A stretch of DNA of 28,688 bases from a virus (lineage: Duplodnaviria; Caudoviricetes): IMG/VR virus record IMGVR_UViG_3300023218_000274, positions 1 through 28,688 of that record; one strand, 5' to 3'. The translations under genes were made by a program, and so were the position numbers. Positions 1 to 8,797 of this stretch are shown here, in pieces (positions within the stretch are counted from its first letter, which is position 1; the number at the start of each line of letters is the position of its first letter). The notes under the pieces were generated by a model. It did no database searches, was not told where the DNA came from, and saw only the letters and a program-made list of their open reading frames with translations.

Positions 1-621
1 TCACACCGCCTCGAACGACAGGTCGAACTGGTAGAACGCCCCGAAGTGGTAGAGCGAATCGTTGGTCGTGGCGTCGATGAAGAGTGTGTGCTCGCCGGCG
101 GTCAGGAGCACCTGTTGGGGCGGGGGCGGGTCGGAGATGACCGGGCCCATCGGTCCGCAGCCCTGGTTGCCGCCGGGGGCGTGGGCCGAGCCGACAAGCA
201 TGCCGTCCACCGAGAGGCTCATCAGCTCGAAGTTGGGCGCCTCGGTCTCGCCGACGCCGGACCAGTCGACGGTCATGATCGTGTCCACGGGGACGGTGAT
301 GATCGCCGTTGCGGTGGCGCTCTGAGTGTTGTCGTTGAAGTTCGCGCAGTTGCCGTCGTCTTCCCAGTCGAGGCGAAGGCCGAGGCCGCCATTCAGGATC
401 GTCCATGGGCTGGCGGGGACGTCGGCGGGGTCGTCGTAGGCGCGCGCCGCGCCGTCCTGCCCGCCGGCGATGAAGCCGACATCCGTGAAGGACCACGCCT
501 GCGTGAACTCGATGCAGCACGAGGGGCACTGGCCGTCCGCGTTGAACACCGAGAGCTTGCCGCTCTCCAGCAGGCCGAGCCTGCCCTCCTCGAGCACGAC
601 GCCCTCGCCGGGATCGGCCAT
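1..621 (-). CDS. Putative tail-tip/receptor-binding protein (206 aa, beta-rich C-terminal domain, CPSCC motif)
   Basis: Phage-like part of ORF 1..1026 starts at MADPGEG (ATG at 621), just after the stop of the upstream gene at 624. Rich in aromatic, Gly and Asp residues; last in the post-tape-measure cluster. Confidence 0.55.
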   Translation of the reverse strand: MADPGEGVVLEEGRLGLLESGKLSVFNADGQCPSCCIEFTQAWSFTDVGFIAGGQDGAARAYDDPADVPASPWTILNGGLGLRLDWEDDGNCANFNDNTQSATATAIITVPVDTIMTVDWSGVGETEAPNFELMSLSVDGMLVGSAHAPGGNQGCGPMGPVISDPPPPQQVLLTAGEHTLFIDATTNDSLYHFGAFYQFDLSFEAV

Positions 622-623
622 CG

Positions 624-1997
624 TCACTCGCCCCCTGACGTGGCGGCGCACGCCTCGAGCTCGGGGACCTCGTTCGTCCAGGTGATGATCGCGTCGCCAT
701 CGGCGTTGCGGTAGGCGAGGCCGAAGGTCGCCGGCGCGTAGCGGCCGATGTCGGGGCGCTTCCACTGGTGCGGCGCCTGCCCGGGGTTCACGAACTCGCC
801 GAGCTGCTCGCCCGAGGCGACGTCGAAGACGTGGTACATGTGGTTGGTCGGCGTTTCCGCGCCGCCGCTGGCGAGCTCGGCGAGCACGAGGAGCACCGGG
901 AACGCCGGCATCGGGTGGATCTCGGGGACCTCGTTGATCCAGCCGATCACGAGGAGCCCCACGCTGGACAGCGACGCGTAGCCGTGCGTCGCGGGCTCGA
1001 CCTTGCCGACCGCCGGGCGTCGCCACTCGTGCGGCTCGGCGGTGGGGTCAACATTGGTGACGAGTGTCAGGCCGCTGGTCGCGTCGTTGACCGCGTAGCG
1101 CCACGTCGCGGGCATCGACGGCGTGCCCTGCTCGCCGCCTGACTGAGACAACGTGATCGGGAAGACCCACATGTGCTCGGCGGTCTCGTTGATCCAGGTG
1201 AGCTCGATCTCGTCCTCGTCGTTGCGGCGCGCGAGGCCGAAGGTCGCGGGGCTGACAGGGCCGGTCTCGGGGCGGGTCCAGTGGTGCGGCGAGGCGGTCG
1301 GGTCCACGCCGGTCGCGAGCGACTCGTCGGTGACGGCGTCCGCCACGTCATAGGTCCACGACGCTTCGATCAACGCGCTGCCCTGCTGGCCGCCCACGAG
1401 CGTGAGCGCGACAGGGAACAACGTGGGTTCCACGCCGAAGCCCCCGAGGCGCACGATGGCCCAGCGCACGCCTTCGCCCCCGGAACCCGGCTCGCGCCAC
1501 ACAATCGTCGCAGCGCCCTGATCGCCCGCCTTGAGGTTCGACGTCGAGCCGTCGGCCACGTCGGCGAAGCGCGGCTCGGGGGCTTCGCCCTTCGGCGGCG
1601 CGGCGGGGAACTCCACCTGCGCGGCGCAGAGCCCCGCGCCGCACGCCATGCCGATCGCGCCGGGCGGGATCGGCTCGAGGGCGATGACGAACTTGCCGAG
1701 GTGGTCTTCCTCCGATGGCGCGACGCCAGAGAGCGCCAGCCGCCGGCGGAACGCCTCGGGCGCCTCGACGGGGTCGAAGAGCGGGGCGTCGATGCCGAGG
1801 ACGCCGAAGCGCTGGATCGTCGCGCCGGTGTTGTTCTTGATCGGTGTAAGGAAGCGCGTCTGCTCGCGCACCGCGTCGCGCGCTGTGCCCTGATTCACGC
1901 CGCGGGTCGCCTTCGCGGCGTCGACGAAGGCGTTGTACGCCGCGGCGGGGATGCGCAGCGGCTGGCCCGGGCGCACCTTGGCGAGCGCGTCGGCCAC
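624..1997 (-). CDS. Putative tail-tip/fibre protein, 457 aa, with three tandem ~85-aa C-terminal repeats
   Basis: Downstream of tape measure. Repeats FPV/FPI...V(D/N)P...PHxWxRP...PATxG...W(I/T)NE start near 1421, 1166 and 905. Confidence 0.65.
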   Translation of the reverse strand: MADALAKVRPGQPLRIPAAAYNAFVDAAKATRGVNQGTARDAVREQTRFLTPIKNNTGATIQRFGVLGIDAPLFDPVEAPEAFRRRLALSGVAPSEEDHLGKFVIALEPIPPGAIGMACGAGLCAAQVEFPAAPPKGEAPEPRFADVADGSTSNLKAGDQGAATIVWREPGSGGEGVRWAIVRLGGFGVEPTLFPVALTLVGGQQGSALIEASWTYDVADAVTDESLATGVDPTASPHHWTRPETGPVSPATFGLARRNDEDEIELTWINETAEHMWVFPITLSQSGGEQGTPSMPATWRYAVNDATSGLTLVTNVDPTAEPHEWRRPAVGKVEPATHGYASLSSVGLLVIGWINEVPEIHPMPAFPVLLVLAELASGGAETPTNHMYHVFDVASGEQLGEFVNPGQAPHQWKRPDIGRYAPATFGLAYRNADGDAIITWTNEVPELEACAATSGGE

Positions 1998-2231
1998 TCA
2001 CCACCTCCCCTCGGGGCAGCGCTCGCTCGCGAGACGGGTCTTGAGCGAGAGGACGCACCGGCACGCCGAGCATCGGCACGCGCGGGACGCGTCGCGTGCG
2101 CACGGGACGGCGCGGTCGCACCCGTTGCAGATCGCCAGGCGGCGAGCGGTCACCTCGCTGGGTGCGCGGTCAATACCCGCCACGGCCTTGGCCGCTCCGA
2201 TCGCTCCCCGCATGCAAGCTCGGCAGCCCAT
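1998..2231 (-). CDS. Small Cys-rich protein (77 aa, 10 Cys; DUF6171-like)
   Basis: MGCRAC...RLAICNGC...CRCSACRC...KT...CPEGRW. Start reassigned to ATG 2231 directly after the upstream stop at 2234; its stop abuts the next start at 1997. Confidence 0.65.
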   Translation of the reverse strand: MGCRACMRGAIGAAKAVAGIDRAPSEVTARRLAICNGCDRAVPCARDASRACRCSACRCVLSLKTRLASERCPEGRW

Positions 2232-2233
2232 GC

Positions 2234-3061
2234 TCAGATCCCCAGCGCCGAGAAGGGCAGTTCGAGGTAGACGCGCTCGACATAGGCAGCGACGGGGCGT
2301 TTGACGATGGACTGAGCGCCAGTGTCCTCGGCGTCCTCGTAGCGCACCCAGAGGTACTCCCACCCCTTCTTGCTGATGCCGGTGATGGGGCCGACGGTGA
2401 TGGACGAAAGGTTCGCCGAGACGGCGAAGCGGAAGGTGACCTCCCAGTCGCCATCGCCGCTCGGCGATCCGCGCTTCGTGCCCGCCGCGCCGAGGAAGAG
2501 CACGGAACCCGCCGCGAAGCCGCGGAAGGCGTCGCTGTTCACGCGCCCGGTCAGGATCATGAGCGTGTTCTTGTAGGCGTCGGTGACGGTCGCGTTGGGC
2601 AGGACGTGCGTCTCGGTGAACTGGAAGACCGGTACGACGATGTCCACGCCCTCGACGCTGTCGGCGGTCACACCGATCGCGCCCTGGAAGTTCGGCGCGG
2701 TCTGCCCGGGGGCGGCGTGCGTCGACACGGTGGCCAGCGACTGCGTGATGTGCTGGGTGCCGCCGCCGGTGTCAAAGGTGAAGACACTCTCGCCCTGCTG
2801 GGGCGGCTCGGATTCGTCCTGCACGGGCGCGTACGACGCCTCGCCGTCCCACAGGCCGGGGCCGGACGGCTCGATGCGCACGTCCCGGCGCGGCAGGCTC
2901 AGGAACTCGGCCGGCGCGTCGTCCTCCAGAGCGGCAAGCGCCCCCTCGTCATTCTGCACGTCGCCCCCCGTCCCGCGCACGACGAAGCGCAGCTCGACCG
3001 CCGGGTTCGCGCCCGAGGTGATCGTGCGGCTGGTGTCACGCTCTTCGACCGTGAAGGGCAT
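2234..3061 (-). CDS. Putative distal tail/baseplate protein (275 aa)
   Basis: First gene after tape measure; GGAG SD upstream; Thr/Gly/Val-rich, beta-type composition. Confidence 0.6.
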   Translation of the reverse strand: MPFTVEERDTSRTITSGANPAVELRFVVRGTGGDVQNDEGALAALEDDAPAEFLSLPRRDVRIEPSGPGLWDGEASYAPVQDESEPPQQGESVFTFDTGGGTQHITQSLATVSTHAAPGQTAPNFQGAIGVTADSVEGVDIVVPVFQFTETHVLPNATVTDAYKNTLMILTGRVNSDAFRGFAAGSVLFLGAAGTKRGSPSGDGDWEVTFRFAVSANLSSITVGPITGISKKGWEYLWVRYEDAEDTGAQSIVKRPVAAYVERVYLELPFSALGI

Positions 3062-3070
3062 GGGGGACTC

Positions 3071-4939
3071 CTACGCGAAGGTCAAGCCGCCGCTGCGCGC
3101 GGACTCGACAAGGCGGCGGGTGTTGCGGGCCGTCTGCTCGGAGGCCCGCGCGGTTCGATCGATGGCGTCGCTCCCGCTGGCCAGCCCCTGCGCCGCCAGG
3201 GCGTTGAACGTGCCCCGGGCCTCGACGCGCCGAGCAACGGTCTCGCCCGCGCCGACGAGTAGGTCCTCGAAGTCGTCGAGCCGGTCCCGCAGGGACGGCC
3301 CCCCGGAAGCGGCATCCTCCCCTTCCGCTGCCTCCCGCCGCTGGCGCGCCTCTTCGATCGCCTCGTCGAGCTTGCGCCGCGCGTCCTCGAGCTCCTTGCG
3401 GCGCTCCTCCATCTTGTCGGCGGCGTCGTCGAGGATGCCCTTGGTGCGGGCGTCCTGCTCATCGCTAATGCGCTTCAGCGCATCCTCGGTCTCGCGGGCC
3501 AGCGATTCGAGCTTGGCGCGCGACTGCTCGTCGAGCTGCGCCTTGGCGGCCTCGACGTCGAGCGACGCGTCGAAGAGGCCGAAGAGTTCGGTGAAGCGCT
3601 TGGCGAGGAAGTTCTGCGTCCGCTCCCAGACGCCCTGCACGCCCGAAGCGAAGCGCGTCCACAGGCGCGACATCGTCCCGAGCACGTCCACCAGCGCCAG
3701 CCGCATGACCAGCAGCCCCTCGGCGAACGTCTCGCGGATCTCCTTCGTCCCTTCGAGGAAGGTCAGCTTGAGCCCGGCCCAGAGGACGCGCGCCGCCAGG
3801 CCGATGTCGCCCGCGGCCAGCGCATCCCGAATCCCGCCGAGCGTGCGCGTGACGATCCCCGCCAGCACGCCGAAGCGCTCGCGGAGGAAGTCGAGCGCCG
3901 CCTGCCCGGCGCTGGAGAAGCGGAAGAAGGCGACGACCCCGCCAGCCAGCGCCGCGACCAGCAGGCCGATCGGCGAGAGCAGGGCACCGACCGCTGCGAT
4001 CACGAGCCCGAGCACCGTCCCGACACCCGCAACGATCGTCGCCAGCCCGCCGAAGGCCGCGCCGATAAGCGCCAGCAGCAGGCCCAGCGCGATCAGCGCC
4101 GTGCCGACCGCGACGACTCCGATGGCGATCTTTGCAGCGGTCACGACCAACTGCCGGTTGCGCTTGATCCATGCGTTGGTGACGATGCCGATGCGCGTCA
4201 CGCGACCTGCCAGCGCCTCGAGTGCCGGCGCCAGCGCGCTGCCGACCGTGATCGCGGTGATGCGCAGGACGCGCCGCACGATGTTGAAGGCGTCGGTGAG
4301 GCGGGCGGCGTCCTTGGCGGTCTCGGTCGAGATCGTCAGCCCCAGGCGGCGCGCCTCGGCCTGGAGCGCCTCGATGCCGCGGGCGCCGGCCTCCATCAGC
4401 GGCAGCAGGCGCGTGCCCGCGCGCCCGAAGATCTGCTGGGCGATCGCCGCCCGCTTGGACGCGTCCTCCACCTGGCTGAGCCGCTCGGCGATGAGCTTGA
4501 ACTGCTCCTCGGGCGAGAGGCCTTCGAGATCGGCCATCGTCAGGCCGAGGTCCCCGAACGCATCGGTCTGGGTGGAGAGGCCGCGGCCGAGGTCGTTGAC
4601 GGCGCGCTGCATCGTGCGCACACCTTTCTCGAGCGTCTCCATGTCGGCGCCGGACTGCTCGGCGGCGAAGCCGAGCTCGGAGAGCGCCTCGACAGAGAGC
4701 CCCGTGCGGCGCGACATCTTCTCCAGCTCATCGCCCGCCTTGGTGAAGACGCGCACCGTGGCGGCGAGCGGCCCCAGCGCCGCCGCGCCCGCCGCCACGA
4801 GGCGCAGGCCGACCTGGCGCACGCCCGCGCCGAATGCGCGGAGACGGCGCTGGGCGCGCCGCAGCCCGGCGCTGAGACGGTCGCTCACGCCGAGTTCGAC
4901 GAAGGCGCGCCCGGCCCGGATGCCGCGAGTGTCTGCCAT
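3071..4939 (-). CDS. Phage tail tape measure protein (622 aa)
   Basis: N-terminal IRAGRAFVEL, Ala/Leu/Gly-rich helical core (MSRRTGLSVEALSELGFAAEQSG; AAIAQQIFGRAG), central hydrophobic segments, C-terminal coiled coil. Confidence 0.9.
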   Translation of the reverse strand: MADTRGIRAGRAFVELGVSDRLSAGLRRAQRRLRAFGAGVRQVGLRLVAAGAAALGPLAATVRVFTKAGDELEKMSRRTGLSVEALSELGFAAEQSGADMETLEKGVRTMQRAVNDLGRGLSTQTDAFGDLGLTMADLEGLSPEEQFKLIAERLSQVEDASKRAAIAQQIFGRAGTRLLPLMEAGARGIEALQAEARRLGLTISTETAKDAARLTDAFNIVRRVLRITAITVGSALAPALEALAGRVTRIGIVTNAWIKRNRQLVVTAAKIAIGVVAVGTALIALGLLLALIGAAFGGLATIVAGVGTVLGLVIAAVGALLSPIGLLVAALAGGVVAFFRFSSAGQAALDFLRERFGVLAGIVTRTLGGIRDALAAGDIGLAARVLWAGLKLTFLEGTKEIRETFAEGLLVMRLALVDVLGTMSRLWTRFASGVQGVWERTQNFLAKRFTELFGLFDASLDVEAAKAQLDEQSRAKLESLARETEDALKRISDEQDARTKGILDDAADKMEERRKELEDARRKLDEAIEEARQRREAAEGEDAASGGPSLRDRLDDFEDLLVGAGETVARRVEARGTFNALAAQGLASGSDAIDRTARASEQTARNTRRLVESARSGGLTFA

Positions 4940-4942
4940 GCC

Positions 4943-5410
4943 TCACCCTCCCCGCACGCTGTTGGCCCAGGACCTCGGGATGTTGGGAAGCTCCTTCCGC
5001 AGCGCCGGCCCCATGTAGGGTCGGGCCTCGATGCGGACACGCCGACGTTCGACGACGCGCCGCCCGTCCTTCCGAGCGCGCCTCCGCTCGACGGTCGCAC
5101 GACCGCCGAACTCGAGCACGCTGGGGGCCTCGCCGGGCTTGTTCAGGCGAAGCGGACCGACCACCACCGAGTCGCTGGCGCGGTCGTAGCCGAAGAGGAT
5201 CAGACGCCGCAGCGATCCCTCGTGCGCGTGCGGGGGCTGGCCCGGCGGGGCCGAGCCTCTGCGCCGCCGCATGCTCGTCTTCGCCCGCTGGCGGATGAAG
5301 GCGCCCGCCTTCGAGAGCGCCCGGCGCTTGGCGCGGTCGACGGCGCGGCGCACCTTGGGGCGGTCGAAGAAGAGGTCCTTGATCTTCATGTCCACCAGCG
5401 GCGTCGCCAT
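4943..5410 (-). CDS. Neck/tail-completion protein (HK97 gp10-like), 155 aa
   Basis: Basic protein with SAPPGQPP..G.LRR, VLEFGG and ARPYMGPAL motifs typical of this family. Start reassigned to ATG 5410 (TGATG overlap). Confidence 0.7.
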   Translation of the reverse strand: MATPLVDMKIKDLFFDRPKVRRAVDRAKRRALSKAGAFIRQRAKTSMRRRRGSAPPGQPPHAHEGSLRRLILFGYDRASDSVVVGPLRLNKPGEAPSVLEFGGRATVERRRARKDGRRVVERRRVRIEARPYMGPALRKELPNIPRSWANSVRGG

Positions 5411-5907
5411 CAGGCAGCGATCTCCCGAGGCGCGATCGGAGGAACGGCGTTCGCCAGCGTCCGTCCCTCTTCGAGCCCCTTGTTGAACGAGGCCTCCTTC
5501 TCGCGCGCCAGCCGCTTGTCCGTCCCCGGCGAGCGCAGGAACCACGCCCCGAGGCCGACGAGCCCGGTCGTCAGCAGTCCGCCGCCGGGCAGCGTCTCGA
5601 GCACGGGCACGCCGACGAGCAGCGCGTCGTTGGTCAGCGAGCTCAGCAGGCTGACCAGCTCGGCCTTGCGGTCGAGCTCCAGCTGGAACTGCTCGGCCGT
5701 GCGCTCGACGCTGGCGCGCCAGTCCGCGTAGACCACCTTCGCCTCGTTGAACGAGACGCGCGGCTCGCTGGGCACGACCTTCCGCACCGCCTGCGGCACG
5801 CTGGCCTGCACCACGTCGCCCACTTGGCAGCCCGCCAGGGCGAAGAGCGCGATCGACGCCGCGGCGCCGAGCGCCAGAAGCGTTTTGCCGATTCCTTCAG
5901 TCTCCAT
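5410..5907 (-). CDS. Lipoprotein with C-terminal hydrophobic segment (candidate unimolecular spanin), 165 aa
   Basis: Signal peptide ending in lipobox LAGC; C-terminal hydrophobic stretch GGGLLTTGLVGLGAWFL; GGAGG SD. Confidence 0.5.
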   Translation of the reverse strand: METEGIGKTLLALGAAASIALFALAGCQVGDVVQASVPQAVRKVVPSEPRVSFNEAKVVYADWRASVERTAEQFQLELDRKAELVSLLSSLTNDALLVGVPVLETLPGGGLLTTGLVGLGAWFLRSPGTDKRLAREKEASFNKGLEEGRTLANAVPPIAPREIAA

Positions 5908-6202
5908 CGTTCACCTCCGTGTGCCGTGCGTCCTTTGTGTCCTTGCCCCGGAACAGCGCCCGCAACGCGGGCATGTCGTTGGTCTTTTCCTCGCCGCGCC
6001 GCGCGAAGGGGTCGAAGTCGCCCGGCTTGAAGGCGCGGGTCTTCTTGGGGTCGCGGTGGGCATTGGCGATCAGCGCCAGCAGCGCGCTCATGCGCCCCCA
6101 CTCGCTCCGTTCGCGCGCCTCGGCCATCGCGACCAGCTCGCGCAGCGTCAGGGTGGCGGGGTCGATCCCGGCGACGCCCGCGCAGCGCTGGATGAGGTCC
6201 CA
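5897..6202 (-). CDS. Tail assembly chaperone C-terminal (gpT-like) frame, probably reached by -1 frameshift
   Basis: Frame of ORF 5897..6127 stays open upstream as WDLIQRCAGVAGIDPATLTLRELVAM, overlapping the chaperone end in the -1 frame. Confidence 0.6.
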   Translation of the reverse strand, partial: WDLIQRCAGVAGIDPATLTLRELVAMAEARERSEWGRMSALLALIANAHRDPKKTRAFKPGDFDPFARRGEEKTNDMPALRALFRGKDTKDARHTEVNDGD

Positions 6203-6651
6203 GCCGCCCCCGGAAGTTGCGCGGCTGCCAGCGCCTCGTCGATCGCCTTCTCCAGCTCGCCCCCGTCGAGACGCGCCTCGACCAGATCCCGGGCCTTGTC
6301 CATCGCGGTCCGCGTCGCCGCGAGCACGCGCCCGAGGGCGGCCCGGTCCCTCGGGCTCGGGCAGAAAGACACGATCTCGTCGAGCAGCGCCTCGGTGGCG
6401 TGCTCGATCGCGTCGCCCGCCATCGCCCGCCCGAACTCCTCATCGGTGACGCCGCGCTGGTCCGCCTCGGGCTTGCACGCGGCGTAGAGCACGTCGCACA
6501 GCAGCACGGGATCGCGGATGAGCCGCTCGATGAGCGTCCCGTCGAGCACCTCGAGCAGATCCACGCCCGCCAGCCCCTTGATGCGCTTCAGCGCCGCGAC
6601 GTTGATCTCGACCGTCCATTGCCTGCCCGCGTTGTCGGTGAACTGCTTCAT
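6148..6651 (-). CDS. Tail assembly chaperone (gpG-like), 167 aa
   Basis: Starts MKQFTDNAGRQWTVEI at ATG 6651 (TGATG overlap with tail tube stop); lies between tail tube and tape measure; acidic and helical, with a low-complexity Ser/Pro tail. Confidence 0.7.
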   Translation of the reverse strand: MKQFTDNAGRQWTVEINVAALKRIKGLAGVDLLEVLDGTLIERLIRDPVLLCDVLYAACKPEADQRGVTDEEFGRAMAGDAIEHATEALLDEIVSFCPSPRDRAALGRVLAATRTAMDKARDLVEARLDGGELEKAIDEALAAAQLPGAAGTSSSAARASPGSTPPP

Positions 6652-7082
6652 CACGACACTCCCGAGGTGGTCCACTCGCTGAAGACGGCGACCTTGGCCG
6701 TCACGCTGACGGTGATGGCCTCCTCCAGCGGCTCGGCGCGGCTGAAGTTCGTGATCGAGAAGTCCGCGACCAGCCCCTCGCCCGACGCGCCGGCCGAGTC
6801 GAGCGCCGCCAGGCCGATGATGGTTCCGTTGAGGAACGCGTCTTTGATCGCCTCGAAGCCAGCATCGCCGGGCTCCCAGACCATCTCGAACTCGAGCGTG
6901 CCCTCCTTGAGCGTGGCGAGCGTCGCCCGCCAGCCGGAGTTGGCGCGGGTGGTGATGTCCGCCTCGCCCGCCTCGACGGTGAGCGTGAGGTCGCGCACGT
7001 TGGTCAGCTCGGTCCACGAGCCGGCGCCCCCGACCCCGCCTGTCTTGAACATCAGAACCGCGAACATGCCCTGGATGGCCAT
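6651..7082 (-). CDS. Major tail tube protein (143 aa)
   Basis: WTELTNVRDLTL...EADITTR..GWR....LKEGTLEFEM...ITNFSRAEPLEEAITVSVT is a siphovirus tube-protein pattern; position fits. Confidence 0.8.
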   Translation of the reverse strand: MAIQGMFAVLMFKTGGVGGAGSWTELTNVRDLTLTVEAGEADITTRANSGWRATLATLKEGTLEFEMVWEPGDAGFEAIKDAFLNGTIIGLAALDSAGASGEGLVADFSITNFSRAEPLEEAITVSVTAKVAVFSEWTTSGVS

Positions 7083-7095
7083 GAGGTCTGTCTCC

Positions 7096-7527
7096 CTACC
7101 GCGTCAGGCGGTACGTGAGGGTGAGAACGGAGGTGAAGACGCTCAGCCGCTCGAGGTGCTCGGCGGCGAGGACCGGGTCGTGCTCGGACGTGAGCCACTG
7201 CGCCTCGGGCAGCGTGTCGAGGCGCTTCAGCCGAAGGTGGTCGCCGATCTGCTCAACGAGTTCGAGCAGGGCGTCGATCTGCGCCGGGGCGTTCGGATCG
7301 ACGCGCTTCTGCACACCGACGTCGATGGAGGCGTCGAAGAAATTCAGCGCCCGCGAGGCGTTGGCGACCGTCAGGCTCCGCGGCACGACGCTCACCTTGA
7401 TCGCGTCGCCGACCTGCCCGAGATCGAAGATCGGCAGATGCGAGCGCTCCGCCGTCACCGGCGGGTCGAACGTCTGGCCGTTGATCGACGCAGCGATGGC
7501 GTCGGCGAGGGTGATGACAGCGCTCAT
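7096..7527 (-). CDS. Putative tail terminator protein (143 aa)
   Basis: Start MSAVITLADAI at ATG 7527 (ATGA overlap); directly upstream of tail tube; ends FTSVLTLTYR. Confidence 0.6.
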   Translation of the reverse strand: MSAVITLADAIAASINGQTFDPPVTAERSHLPIFDLGQVGDAIKVSVVPRSLTVANASRALNFFDASIDVGVQKRVDPNAPAQIDALLELVEQIGDHLRLKRLDTLPEAQWLTSEHDPVLAAEHLERLSVFTSVLTLTYRLTR

Positions 7528-7742
7528 GGGCGCCCCCTCCCGGCCGGGGCCTCGGGCTCGTCGAAGACGCGCCGCTCGACGCGGTCGATGCGTCCGCCCA
7601 GGTGCCCGACCTCGGAAGCCAGCCGGGCCAGCTCCGTCTGGATGGCCATGAGGATGCGCACGATCCACCCGAGCAGTCCGATCATGGCGACGAAGCCCGC
7701 CAGCGAGACCGAGATGATGGCGATGATGTCCCCGGGGCTCAC
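7524..7742 (-). CDS. Small membrane protein (one TM helix plus coiled coil), holin-like or inner-membrane spanin-like, 72 aa
   Basis: IIAIISVSLAGFVAMIGLLGWIVRIL followed by heptad-like LARLASEVGHLGGRIDRVE; coupled to both neighbours. Confidence 0.55.
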   Translation of the reverse strand: MSPGDIIAIISVSLAGFVAMIGLLGWIVRILMAIQTELARLASEVGHLGGRIDRVERRVFDEPEAPAGRGRP

Positions 7743-8125
7743 GGCGTCACCTCCAGACCGATGAACTTGGTGTGGATGCGCAGCGTGCGGCGTTCGGGAT
7801 CGCTGAAGCGGAACGGCGGTTCATTCCCGATGGACATGACCTCGTAGAGCAGCGCCGCCGCGCCGCTGGGCTCGCGGACGCGGTCGCCGGCTTTGGGCGT
7901 CGTCTCCTCACCGCCCAGGACGAGGTCCTGCGCTCGGACGAGGTAGTCGCGGGTCTCCGTGCGATGGACCACGCCGAACTGGTCGGCCTGCTCGAAGACC
8001 GTGCGTCCGACCGTGGCCTGGAGTTCGGCGCTGTCGCCGCCGCGCAGGTACGTCACCGGCCGCGTCATGTGCTTGTGACGCTGGTCCTCGAGGAACGCCG
8101 AGCCTTGCTGGAGCAGGTCCGCCAC
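7739..8125 (-). CDS. Head-tail adaptor/head closure protein (gpFII-like), 128 aa
   Basis: GTG start at 8125 with GGAGGG SD; VTY.RG...PKAGDRV...YEV...TLRIHTK beta-barrel pattern; follows the DUF2190 gene. Confidence 0.65.
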   Translation of the reverse strand: MADLLQQGSAFLEDQRHKHMTRPVTYLRGGDSAELQATVGRTVFEQADQFGVVHRTETRDYLVRAQDLVLGGEETTPKAGDRVREPSGAAALLYEVMSIGNEPPFRFSDPERRTLRIHTKFIGLEVTP

Positions 8126-8135
8126 GTGCCCTCCC

Positions 8136-8477
8136 TCACTGGCTGAGCCGGACGCGCACGATCGCGTCGTCGTCCGCCGCGTCCTGCACCGCACGGCCGA
8201 TCCGCTTGTTCGCGCCCCCGGAGGGGTCGTCCGTCGCCTGCTGGGCGCCAGCGTCCCAGTAGACGTCCGCGCCCGCAGGCAGCGCGCTGCTCGGGCCGAC
8301 GCCCTTCGGGAAGTCGAAAACGCCCTCGACGGCCAGCGCGCCGAGGCGACCCGCCTTGATGTCGAGCTTCGCCACACCGATGAGCTCGCCCTGGACGACC
8401 ACGTCGCCCGCCGCCACGTCTGCGCCGGGCGTGTGATCGATCGCCGCGCCCTGATGCCTGAATGTCGCCGTCGCCAT
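8136..8477 (-). CDS. DUF2190 family capsid cement/decoration protein (113 aa)
   Basis: IDHTP..DVAAGDVVVQG.LIGVA..DI.AG.LGALAVEGVFDFPK...VYWD...IG.AV.......VRVRL matches the DUF2190 pattern. Confidence 0.85.
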   Translation of the reverse strand: MATATFRHQGAAIDHTPGADVAAGDVVVQGELIGVAKLDIKAGRLGALAVEGVFDFPKGVGPSSALPAGADVYWDAGAQQATDDPSGGANKRIGRAVQDAADDDAIVRVRLSQ

Positions 8478-8491
8478 CGTGTGTTCTCCTT

Positions 8492-8797
8492 CTAGAAGCG
8501 TGTCTCTTCCACGCCGCCCGTGGCGGTGCCGCCGACGCCGCGCATGACGACGTGGCGGATGAACTGGTTGTGCCCCGTGAGGCGCGCCGCCTCGCCCGGC
8601 TCGAGGCGCGCCTGCTGGCCCGACGGGTCAGCCGGCGCCTCGATGCGGTACTCCAGCGCGCCAGCCGAGTCCGGCGAGCAGGACAGGAGCAGCTCGCGCG
8701 CGCCCGGGCCGTCCGGTCCGCCGGCGTCCTCCGAGCGGAAGACGTCCATCCACGACGGGCCGGCAGGGATCGCGATGCGGTTGTTGCGCCGCGCCAT
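8492..8797 (-). CDS. Hypothetical protein (101 aa), possibly virion-associated
   Basis: GGAGG SD; co-oriented between capsid and DUF2190 genes. Confidence 0.55.
   Translation of the reverse strand: MARRNNRIAIPAGPSWMDVFRSEDAGGPDGPGARELLLSCSPDSAGALEYRIEAPADPSGQQARLEPGEAARLTGHNQFIRHVVMRGVGGTATGGVEETRF

Noticed and set aside
2583-5018. Long plus-strand ORFs (811 aa here; also 9406..11589, 19522..21465, 25580..27616)
   Set aside because: Antisense shadows of real minus-strand genes, expected in high-GC DNA; no motifs.
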